Source: Bugula neritina
Lineage: Eukaryota > Animalia > Bryozoa
DNA length: 64,000 nucleotides
Reading direction: 5' to 3'
NCBI GenBank assembly: GCA_964035545.1
Contig: OZ037771.1
Location: 10,792,480 to 10,856,479, forward strand
In this document: piece by piece, positions 11,319 through 22,600 of the stretch
Numbering within the stretch: the stretch's first letter is position 1
Layout: the number at the start of each line of letters is the position of its first letter
Program-made: the position numbers and the translations under genes
Notes under the pieces: generated by a model
What the model was told of the DNA's origin: nothing
What the model saw: the letters and a program-made list of their open reading frames with translations, nothing else
Databases searched by the model: none

Positions 11319-14300
11319 TCACAGTTGCGTCTCCTTGTATTTAGGAAATGCAACTCTCAATTGCTCGTCCCTCCAGATTTCTTTTATGATAGCTGATGGA
11401 TGTTTGTCCACGGCATCACACAAGAAATCTTTCGAATAAGATGGTGGCGACCTCGTACCTTGGCTACGCTTCAACTGTGCTTGAGGTGCTGCTACTACTG
11501 GTGACTGTACCACTACTGGTGGTGTTGCCAGTACGGAGGGGTCCGCCAGTACGAGTGGTTCCCTCCTAGCTGCCTCTTCCTCATGAATTTGAGGAATTTC
11601 CATCTCATCAGGAGCGACAGGTGTGTCGGCCAGCTCTACTGGTGGTGGGGCTGGCCCAGACCGGTCTTCCGGTGTGTCGGCCGCCTCCTCCTGGGGTGGG
11701 GGCGGCCGGGGCGGGTCGGTCGGCACCTCGGTCACTCCCTCCTGATATGGCAACACCTCCTCTATCTCTCTGTACGCCATGCCTCGTCCTCTCATGGGAG
11801 GGCGGCATGCAGGCTTTAAGAGTGAAGGGACCTGTCCTGCTGCATCAGGGCTTACCCAATATGGTTTCAACCGTGCTTCGTTCTGTATCAACACTTGGCT
11901 AGAGCGTTCCACTTTATAGGTGTGATTTGGCATCACCTCAATCACGCAGTAAGGACCCACGAACTTCGGCTGTAACTTAGCCACCTGTCTGTGCCGCCAG
12001 CGATCACGAGTCATCCAGACCCAGTCTCCCACTTTGTACAAAGGGGGGTTGTCAAAGTCACCACTCCTGACCTGCCACTGCTGCTCACGTAACACTTTGT
12101 GAGCCGTCTTCATGCGTTTCATGAGCTCGTCCACATAATCAAGGACGTTGCTCTCTGGAGCCGGAATGTGGTAAATTACGTGCTCAGGAACCCTTGTTTC
12201 TCTCCCCATCATGAGAAAATTAGGGGTTTCCAGTGTACTGGAGTGAGGGGTACTACGGTAAGCTCGCATGATTTGCGGCAGCACCAAGCCCCACTCTTCC
12301 TGGCTCTTACTAATAAGCAGGTTTCTCAGTGAGTCCCCTAGCATTCGGTTGCTCCTCTCCACAACCCCATTCCCTTGCAGGTGGTACGGGGTCGTCAGAC
12401 TCTGGTTAACCCCCCCTCGTCTTACAGAGATCACTCATGAGTTGCGACTGAAGCTGGGCGCCTTGATCAGAATGTATTTGTTCTGGCAAGCCGAAGTAAC
12501 ACAACACCTGCTGATCTGCAGCTCTGGCCACCGTGGGGACCGACGCATCTGGAACAGCCAGCGCATCAGCTCACCGCGTGAAATGATCAGTTAACACCAG
12601 TATCCAGTTATTACCTCTCACTGTCGTGGGCATGGGGCTTACCATATCTACAGCAACTACCTGCCACGGACGACCGGCATGGAGGCGGCACCTCCCTGCA
12701 GTCTCAGTGGAGCGGCCATGCTTATTAGCTTGGCATACCTCACACTTCCGTACCCGGAGTTGGACATCCTGGGCCATACCGGGCCAATACAACTAGAGTT
12801 GAAGACACCTAGTCACTCGCCCAGCTCCTGCATGGGCCTGCTTATGGGTGTCCCAGATCAACTTCCACCGCAGAGCAAACGGACAGACTACCCTCTCTCG
12901 TTCCCGGTGATTTGCGCCGGTTGCTAACGTTATCGTTAACAACCCATCACCATTGAACTAGAGAGAGTCCTAGCGGTCGCAGAAATACTTAAACTCTGTG
13001 CACTTAACCCGCTGTTCAGCTACACTAGGCCGCCGTCCCTCCTTTTTGGCCTGGACTAGGTCAGCTACTACTCCTGGTAGTGTAGCTTGGAGCCAACACA
13101 GCTCCTAGACGTTCCTGAGCAGCGTGGAGTTTGCATGAAGGTTGTTAACAGCTTTATTAGGGGGTTCAGACAGGAGTTGTCCTTCCTCCCAGCTGTATAT
13201 ACTTGCTTTCCCCACCTGTTTTTCAACGTCTGAGCGAGGGGGTCCACCATCCCTACACTCGATATTTTGGCATTGCTTACATCCATCTGCTTGGCGACGG
13301 CTCAATCCGTCGGCATTACCGTGTTTCTCACAGGGTCGGTGTTCGATTCGATACGAAAACTCTGCCAGGATTTCAAGCCAGCGCGCTACTTGGCTAGATG
13401 GTTCGGCCCGTCGACACAGCCATATCAAGGACGCGTGGTCCGTTCGTAATCTGAACGTACCCCATACAGATACGGTCTAAAGTGTTTTACCGCCCTGACT
13501 ACTGCCAGGAGCTCTCTCCTGATTGTACAGTAGTTCTTCTCATGCGCCGACAGGGCCTTACTATAGTAAGCTACCACCACCTCGCGACCATCTTGGACCT
13601 GAGACAGCACAGCCCCGACATTGTGGTTCTCGGCATCAGTATCCAAAATGTACTCCTTCGCCGGATCAGGGTATGCCAAGATGGGCGCGTCTACCAAGTG
13701 ATCCTTGAGGTGGTCAAATGCCTGCTGTTCTGTATGCGTCCACTGTCATCGCACTCTCTTTGCCGTCAGCCGGTTTAGTGGCTGCGCAATTCCTGCAAAG
13801 TCTGGTATGTACTGACGATAGTACCCTACCAGTCCCAGGAATGCCCGCAATTCAGGGAGGTCGACAGGGACAGCCCAGTCCCTCACAGCCCGTACCTTCT
13901 CGAGGTCGGTGGCGACCCCGTCCCGACCATCTACATGGCCCAGGTACTTAACCTCTTGTTACAGCAATGCACACTTAGAGGGCTTGAGCTTCAGACCAGC
14001 AGCTCGAAGTCTGTCAAACACCTCTCTGAGCTGACTGACATGAGTGTCGAAGTCGGGGGAGATGACAATGACATCATCGAGGTAGATAAGCAAGGTCTTC
14101 CAGTGTAATCTACTCAGGATCTGCTCCATGAGTCGCTGGAAGGTGGCCGGCGCAGACACAAGTCCAAACGGCAGCACCTTCCACTTCCAGAGCTCGTCCC
14201 GTGTAATAAATGCGGCCTTGTCTTGTGCATCAGAACTCAGGGGCACCTGCCAATACCTGCTTAGCAAGTCCAGCGTACTGAAGAACTTGCTACCAGCTTA

Positions 14301-15755
14301 GGCATCTAGCGACTCGTCGATCCTAGGTAGAGGACAAGCGTCCTGGGTGGTCACGCTGTTCAGTTTGCCATAATCTACGCAAAACCTCCAGCTCCCATCC
14401 TTTTTCTGAACCAGGACAACTAGAGAGCTCCAAGCACCATGGGCTGGCTCAATCAGGTCCCGGTTCAGAAGGTCTTGCACCTGTCGGCTCACTTCCTTTT
14501 CCTTTTCAAGACCTAATCGGCGGGTCGGCTGCCAGATAGGCACCGTCCTAGCTACCAGGGGTATCTCATGACAGACAGCTTTAACCAGGCCCATGTCATG
14601 GTCGCCGCAACCGAACACGTCCTTGTACTCAGAGAGTAGCTGCGCCGCTACCAGGCGTTCCCGCTTACTCTCACAGCCATTACAGGCATCCCCGTACAAA
14701 TCTACCAAGTGTTTAGGCACCGGCCTCCTGTCGTTTCTAGTGAGTACCCATCGGGCCTTGTCCGCTGTTTCCAGGGCAAGCCCGACATCCTCCTCCTGTA
14801 CGGAGTGGAACTTCCCCACTAGCGACCCAGCCGGCAATTCTATCGGCTCAGTGAAAGGATTTACACAGTGGACCAGGAACTCCCCCCGCTCATCCAGTCT
14901 ATTCAGACTGTTAGCGAGCTGGATGCCCCCCAGTGCACCTTCCACCACTTCTAAGTCAGAGAATTTCCTACAGCTCACTCTGCAGCGAACTGTAGCCCGA
15001 GAGCACCCAGATACAGTACAGCGCTGTACCACCTGCACTACCCCCACCAAGGGTCTGCCAAATCGGTCTACACAAGCCAGCTCACACCCGGCTATCACCA
15101 CCACCAACTTGTTAAAGTCAATGTGGCACTTGTGTCGCTTCAGAAATGGCATGCCCAAGATGGCATCCTCCTTGAGTTGACTGAAGATGAAGGTTTCGCT
15201 GATCACTTGATCATGGACTCTACCAGTTAACTCTATCACGCCATAAAAAGGAATACCTGACCCATCTGCCTCATGTGGCTCCAGGTTCAGCCGGTCCCTG
15301 GCACTGAGTGTGTCAAACAGACACCGGCTCAAAAGGTTTGTGGTACACCCAGTATCTAATAGGAATGCTTTTTCGACAAGTTTACCGGGGAGAAAATAAC
15401 TGCTTTCATACGGCTGGGTGCTCACTGAGCAGTTCATCTCTGGAGGTGACACCTCATGTGCATGGAGTTGGGGTTGCACCTGCGCTTTCCGGTTGCGAGG
15501 GGGTCGTCGACATTTAGCGGGCAAGCGGGTTACATCTTGGTCTTGCTCACACACGGGCGGCCGAGTGAATGCTCGGTCTTGCGCTCGTGTGGGCAACCGA
15601 GGGAAGTCCCTGTCTTGCTCCCACTCGTCGTACATCCCTTCATCAAGCAAACTTTCAAAGGGGTTTTTGAGTGCCCAAGCCGGAGGTTTTGGCAGGCCTT
15701 GCGGCCTGCTAACTCTCCTTGGAGCTTGCCACTCCGGCGAAGGTGGCCTCCTCAC
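11319..15755 (-). pseudogene. pol of Gypsy-B (PR-RT-RH-IN), disrupted
   Basis: ORF pieces 14298-15755, 13959-14267, 13425-13697, 13105-13428, 12571-12792 and 11319-12434. Confidence 0.93.
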
Positions 15756-15820
15756 CCGGTTGGGTTTGGGCCTTGGCCTTGGCCTTAGAGGGGTAAACCG
15801 AAGCCCACGGTCGGCGGAGT

Positions 15821-16699
15821 CTACCGTGGGCGGTTTCCGTTTAACTGCCTCTCTCTACCGTGGGGGCAGCTTCGTATGAAGTGCCCACCACTACCACAAC
15901 TCCAGCATACGGAGCCCCGCCTGCCGATGACAGCTGTTGGCGACCTGGTGGGTCGCTCAGCTGTCGACTGTTGGCGTAATTGCCTGATCTCGGCTAACAG
16001 CTCTCGAACCAAGCTTGTGGTCAAGCTAGTCGGCTCGTCGGCTGCCGCCATGGCGACATGTACAGCCGTCTTGGCCAACGACGTCGACACGTCGTTGTCG
16101 GCCTCAACTTGCTGTACTGTCGCTCCGAGCCGGCACGTACTGTTGACTTAGAAATAAGCATTTCCAAGCCTGAGAGCTCGCTCCATGGTCTCAACCTCAG
16201 CTACCAGCTGGTGTTGCTTTAGCCCTAGGTTGTTGATAGACTGGAGAAGAGCATTTAGTGCCAGATTCTGTCGACCATTCGCAGGCAAGTCACCATAGGC
16301 AACTTGAGCTAGCCGCTCAGCTACGGTAGCGTGTTCCCTCAAGGTAGTCTTAGGATTTCTCCTAAGCCCTCGGAGCTGCACACGAGCATCCCGAGCAGTA
16401 AGCCCAAACCGGCCTCTTAGCGCCTCAAAGATGTCGCCGACATCCTGACCAATCCCATAAGGCTTGGCCGGTCCCGTCAGGCACAACCGTAGCTGAATCA
16501 GAGTAACCCTGACATGCCATTGACAGATGGCTGCCACATCACTAAACTCAGTGATAAATTGCTCCACATCCTCTTCTCTAGAGAAGATTGGAGCCCGCAA
16601 ATGATACCTGTCAACAGGCAGCGCTGGGCCGCCTATGCCAACCTCCATAGCTACTAGTTCGACTGGTTCTTGACGAGGTATATCTTCCTCCTCGGCCAT
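15821..16699 (-). pseudogene. gag of Gypsy-B
   Basis: ORFs 16148-16699 and 15821-16090 lie in the same frame, separated by one stop. CCHC knuckle. Homologous to Gypsy-C gag (APxF..EDVEQFI.EF). Confidence 0.9.
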
Positions 16700-16736
16700 T
16701 TTTTACTCCCTGGCTAGGAGAATTTGCAATAAATAA

Positions 16737-16754
16737 ATCTCACCGCTGCCACCA
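16737..16754 (-). promoter_or_regulatory. PBS of Gypsy-B (tRNA-Leu)
   Basis: TGGTGGCAGCGGTGAGAT, one base from the LTR; one mismatch to the complement of the tRNA-Leu(AAG/UAG) 3' end. Confidence 0.88.
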
Positions 16755-16755
16755 C

Positions 16756-17247
16756 TGTTGTGAATTTATGCTTTACTTGCAATCAATGGGTTTATTTATG
16801 CAAAGCCATTTCACCAGATTTGTAATTAATAAGAGTTTATTTACTGCGAATTAGACACAAATAAAATGTATAATAACTAACACAAAACGTTACATAATAG
16901 AGAGATATCAGTACACAACTTTACACTAGCATTATCAAGTCCTCTCTGCCGGCTAGTCAAGCACGCTAATTACTAGCACCAGTTATTTGTACCTCCTACT
17001 AAGCTGATTGGACATTCACGCACGCTAGCTATTATCTCTAATTAACTAGTCCTGCCTTGGTTTACAGCGTACATTAGTAGCTAATAATTACTCTCCAGTC
17101 GAGTATAGGAGAGACGCTACGCATTACGGTTGTCAGCTATCACGATAGTTAATCTGCTGCAATTGTAGACATCGTGCCTTGATGCATATAAAGAATAAGT
17201 AATGCGGAGTTGTCCTTTCGATATATAACAATCCAAAAATCTCTGCA
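16756..17247 (-). repeat. Gypsy-B 5' LTR
   Basis: TGTTGTG...CTGCA, direct repeat of 9825-10316. Confidence 0.9.
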
Positions 17248-17876
17248 CCATCCAAGATAGCTGCTCCTAAATATATGGGTTTCTCAAACTTCAGTTTCGT
17301 TACATTTATATAAACGGCTAAAAGATTATTAAAAGAATATTGTAGTTTGATTGAGACATTAATTGTTTAGCTTAACTTTCTTCGCTAATGAGTTTAACAT
17401 CAATTTGATTAAAAATATTTTCTATAGTCTTATCAAACACCGAGTTATTCATAAGCTTGAAAACGTCTTTTTTCTAAATCATTTTGAGCTTTAGCTCGCA
17501 GCTCCGTAGTTTTGTCTTTGTAGTCTTTAAATTTATCAAATTTATCAAAAGTTACGCCTCTATGAATATTTGTAAGTTTTAAGCCGTGTTTAAGACATTG
17601 CTCTAGCGACTTGTAGTGTAGAACATAATTTTTCTTGTCTTTTAAGTTTGGAATTAATTTTTTCACCCCGTTAATCATTAGCCTTTCCGGACAAAAGGAA
17701 TAATCTTTATGAAGGTCGTGTAGAGTATTCGGATATTCTAAATCTACCTCTAAAATGCTAGATGATAAAGTTCCACCTTTCTCTAAGTTCTGACACTGCT
17801 CATTAGTCATCCACTTAAATTTGTCGACTGGTACCTTTTGAGACATAGCCCACCGTATAAATTGTTAGCGTCCATG

Positions 17877-18190
17877 TGTTATAATTTCCAGAATTATATT
17901 GAGTATGGGGATTCGTGTATACTATAATTATCCACGTTGCATTGTTAGAAACCAGACGGGTAATCAAGAGAGAAAAAGATTTATTTAATACACTAAGTAA
18001 CGAGTAAAAAGTAGCACAAGTTCAATAACACATATATAAAACAACTATCTTATCACAATCAGCATCACGCTCTAACTGAACTAATTATATCAATCTGTCC
18101 AGAAGCCTTTCTGCTTCGCCGGGGGTAATCACGTGCTTAATGAGGATTGGTTCGTGAGCACGTGGCATTGACGCTTCACTGGCCACTACA
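17877..18190 (-). repeat. Gypsy-C 3' LTR
   Basis: Direct repeat of 25911-26226; about 18 substitutions and one 2-bp indel by manual count. Confidence 0.95.
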
Positions 18191-18474
18191 CTGCCCCCTC
18201 CAGCAGGAAGCCTACTTCCTGCTAAAAATTGTGTGGGAGGGAAGCGTACTAAAAAAACATGAATATAAATACAAAAGAAATACAACCAGAATAAAAAAAT
18301 GTACATATATAAAAAAATACCAAGATGTACACAATTAATCTTTTAAATCCTATTTACAAAATATAGTTATTCACAGCACCGGTGGAGCACCAGGAGGAAT
18401 GGAGATGGACAAGATATTATCTGGAACCGGGGGGGGGGGGGATTGTAGAGAGGAAAGAGAAAGAGAGTGTCGCA

Positions 18475-19607
18475 CTAATCCTTAGTGGCACGTTTCAGCC
18501 AATTTATAGATTCCTGTAGGGACTTCAACTCACTGGTCGCTGCTTTCACTCTGGGAGCCAACCGGTGCACTTCTCTCTCAAGTTCATTTGCCCTTACTTC
18601 AACTTCCCGCAGGTTGCAGGCCAGAGGAGAAGAACGAGAGGGGGACTGTTGTGATCGATGTCTCTTCCGATCGGCTGGAGGATGTGGAGGAGGAAGAGTG
18701 TAGGCCTGTGTGTCGATGCGTTGGAGGACAACACGTAGGAGGGTTCTGGGGCAACGTATAGAGTTGGTTGGAGACGAGGTAGAGTAGACAGGAGGCTTAG
18801 TGGCAGGTTCTGGTGTAATGGGTCTAGATGAGGGGAATCCTTGCTCCAGACGGGTGAGTCGAGCGGGGTCAGTGACGAAAGGCCGGATGAGGTTGAGGAA
18901 AGTAGGGTATGAACTCTCATCCACGTCGTATGGGTGTCCAGGATAGCAACTCATGGTACGCTGATGCCTCAGCACATAGTCCCTGTGATAACTATATTCA
19001 CCACAGGGGCAGAAGGTAGTCATGAAATGTTGAGGGAGGTGGACCCTCAGCCGGCGATGTGTTGTAAAGTGCTGTTGGCACAAACGGCACTCTGTGTTGT
19101 CCTCGTCCCCTCTGTACTTTTGTATTTCCGCCTCCGTGGCGGGTGTAGTCCAACGAGACTTGGATTCTAGTTGGTAGGGTAGTTTTTTACTGGATGGGGT
19201 GTGTGTTGTGGGCTCCAGATCCCAGGCCATCTCCAAAGATGGCATCCCTGGTGAGACGGGCGCGTTGTCTACAAAAGTAGAATTATTGTCAGATCGCAAT
19301 GGATCTTTACAACATAATTCTAGTGACGATTGGCTGTTACTAGCCTGAGAGTCACAACTTTTATAAGGCACTTGAGAGACCAGTTGATTACGTGTAGACT
19401 GACCAAGAATGACAGTGTTCAGCTCGAGATCTAAAAGATCGTCGGCCATTACTGCGTCCTCATCATCATTCACGTTAAACGTGGTCCCCAGTAACTCTGA
19501 TTCAATCCGACTGATTAGTTCAGAATTAACTGGCATCGAGCTTGTTTCCATAGATAGGAATACAAGACTTGTACAGGCTTACCTGTGAACTTGGTATTGG
19601 TTGCCAT
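18475..19607 (-). CDS. Gypsy-C accessory ORF3: C2H2-like zinc-finger and coiled-coil protein (358-aa ORF from 19551, or spliced form starting at 19607)
   Basis: Uninterrupted ORF between pol and the 3' LTR with CRLC-x12-H-x3-H, then CPCG...RHQRTMSC, a Pro/Ser linker, a basic RKRHR patch and a C-terminal heptad helix. No signal peptide or TM segment is evident. Confidence 0.75.
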
Positions 19608-19636
19608 ACTCAACGTTCAGTGGTAGTAGTTTTGAG

Positions 19637-22600
19637 TTAAAGAGGTAGTTGTGAGATACGTCTGCCCTTGGCGATGTCAGCGTAGGAAAAGGCCGGGCAG
19701 CGTGTTTGTTGCACATGGTTGGAATTTTTTGCCCCGAGCACATTAATTCCTCCCACTACTCCGCCCTCGCAAAAGTTGATATTTGCGTGGGGCTCACAAC
19801 TCCTACATTTGCCTGATAATTTCTTCGTACGGTTTTCCCCTAGACTTTCATACGTGCCGCTTCGGACGCAGTCACATACAAAATCTTTTAAATATGATGG
19901 GGGTTGCCTCGTACATTGTCCCCGCTCTAGGGGAAGTGATGCACTCGCCGGTGGACTAGTGTGTGCCACTAATGGTGCTTCTGATTCACCGGTATTGATC
20001 ACTTCTTCTTGTTCTCCCGATGAAGCCCCTCCCTTCGTGGGGGTTTGGACTTCCGAAATCGGCTCGGTTTCTAGAAGTGATGGCATCAGACTTGGTATAG
20101 GAGGTGACAGACGCACTTCTGTGGGTGGAAGCAGTCGCTCGTCTCGTACCAAGTCTTCTTTCCGCGGGATGACCACTTCATACTCAGGTCCATGCCGCCG
20201 TCGCCCACGCATTGTCGTCTGCCTCCTGGGTTCCAACAACGGGGGAGGGGGGGGCTTCTCCCACCGCGTCTGGGCTAGCCCAATACGGCTTCAAGCGAGC
20301 CTCATATTGGATGGACACTTGTCCTAAGCGCTCGATCTTGTAGGTATGGTTGGGCATAGCCTCGACTATCACGTAGGGTCCCACGAACTTAGACTGTAAC
20401 TTAGCCGCCTGCCCGCGACGCCTACGGTAATTGACCATCCACACCCAGTCTCCTGTCTGATAGAGGGGTGGTTCCTCGGAATCCTCGCGCCGCACCTGCC
20501 ACTGCTTCTCTTGCAGCATTTTGTGTGCGACCCTCATCCGTTCCACTAGTTCGCTGGCATACTCGTGAACCAAGCTGTCTTGCTCTGGAATGTGGTAGGT
20601 AAGATGGTCAGGTACCCGAGTCTCTCTCCCGAGCATCAGGAGGTTTGGGGTCTCACTAGTACTGGTGTGTGGGGTGCTATGGTATGCACGCATGACTTGT
20701 GGCAATACCGTATCCCATTCATCCTGACTGCGTCCGAGGAGGAGACTCCAGAGCGCATCACCTAGCATCCGGTTATTGCGCTCCACCACCCCGTTACCTT
20801 GGGGATGGTACGGAGTGGTCCTGCTCTGATTTACTCCCCAGAGGCGGCAAAGGTCGCTCATCAGTTGAGACTGGAGCTGAGCGCCTTGGTCAGAGTGTAT
20901 CTGTTCGGGGAGGCCAAAGTAACAGAATACATGTTGGTCCAGCACCCTGGCCACTGTCGGAGCTGACGTGTCTGGGATCGCCAGAGCGTCCGCCCATCTG
21001 GTAAAGTGGTCGGTTAATACTAAGATCCAACTATTGCCTCTGGGGGTTAGGGGCATGGGTCCGACCAGGTCGACAGCTACTACTTGCTACGGCCTTCCAT
21101 CATATAACCTTGGCTGTCCCGTTTTACCAGGGAGACGGCCATGCTTGCCAGCCTGGCAGATTTTACACTGTTTCACTCTGAGTCGGACATCACGTCTCAT
21201 GGTGGGCCAATACCATCGGAGTTGCAACTTGGAGAGCACTCTCTGAACTCTTGCCTGAGCCTGTTTGTGAGTGTCCCAAATTAACTCGCGGCGTATGGCA
21301 GTGGGGCAGGCCACCCTTTTCCTCTCCGGGTGTCTGCCATTGGCGGCTAAAGAAATGGTCAGCAGACCATCCTGCCCGATCCTCAGCGAGTCCCAACGCT
21401 GACAGAATAGGCGGAACTCGGCGCATCCCTGTCTTAGTTGTTCCTCACTGGGTCGTCGCCTTTTTTTGGCCTGATATACATCTGCCACTACTCCAGGCAG
21501 CTTCTCCTGAAGCTTCCTCGGCTCCCGAACGTTATCGGCCAAAACAGGGTTGGCGCGGAGGTGTTGTACGACCTCCGGGGACTCGTCAACCTTCTGCTTG
21601 AGTTGACCCTGGTTCCAGTCAAACGGTGCTCCGTGGTGAGCCAGTGTCTCTAACTCACACCGCGGGGGACCTCCATCCCTCCTCTCGATGTTGAGACACT
21701 GTTTACAACCTCCATCAGGCCGCCGGCTCAACCCATCTGCATTGCTGTGCCTCTTACCGGCCGGTGTTCGATCCGGTAGGAGAACTCAGCTAGGATTTCG
21801 AGCCATCGGGCGACCTGGCTTGACGGCTCTGCTCTCTTGCACAACCAGACCAGGGAGGCATGATTTGTACGCAGCCGGAACTTCCTGCCGTACAGGTATG
21901 GTCTGAAGTGCTTCACTGACCTAATTACTGCCAGTAACTCCTTGCGGGTAGTGCAGTAATTTCGTTCAGTGGGTGAGAGAGACTTGCTGTAGTAAGCTAC
22001 TACTCCTTCTCGGCCTTCCTGCACCTGGGACAACACAGCGCCAACATTCTGGTCACTGGCGTCTGTGTCAAGGATGTACTCCAGAGGGGGATCTGGGTAG
22101 GCCAAGATAGGTGCCGTTAGTAGGCAACCCTTGAGGCGGTCGAACGCTCGTTGTTCGACCGGGGTCCACTGCCACGTCACTCTCTTTGCGGTGAGCCGGT
22201 TTAACGGATGTGCTATTGGGTCTGGTGGGGTATGTATTGTCTGTAATACCCCACCAGACCCAAGAAAGCCCGGAGCCCGGTCAAATCTTGGGGGTGACTC
22301 AGTCCTCTATAGCCCGTACCTTCTCGGGATCTGTTGCCACGCCGCTCCGACCGACAACGTGCCCCAGGTACTTAACCTCCGGCTGCAAGAGCGCGCACTT
22401 AGAAGGTTTCAGCTTCAGACCGGCACCTCTGAGTCTTTCGAAAACCTCCCGCAGACGACTGACGTGCGTCTCAAAGTCTGGGGAGATCACGATGATGTCA
22501 TCGAGGTATATCAGCAGTGTTTTCCAATGGAGTCCGCAGAGGACTTGCTCCATCAGCCTCTGAAAGATGGCTGGGGTAGAGGTCAACCCGAAGGGCATCA

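Larger units (their letters stand above)
9825..17247 (-). mobile_element. Ty3/Gypsy LTR retrotransposon B, full length, decayed
   Basis: 492-bp LTRs at 9825-10316 and 16756-17247; PBS 16737-16754; gag with CWSCGSGGHFIRSC knuckle; protease LLDTGC; RT IYLDDVIV; RNase H ILDTDA; integrase with GPY. Flanks are ATAT and CCAT (imperfect TSD). Confidence 0.95.
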
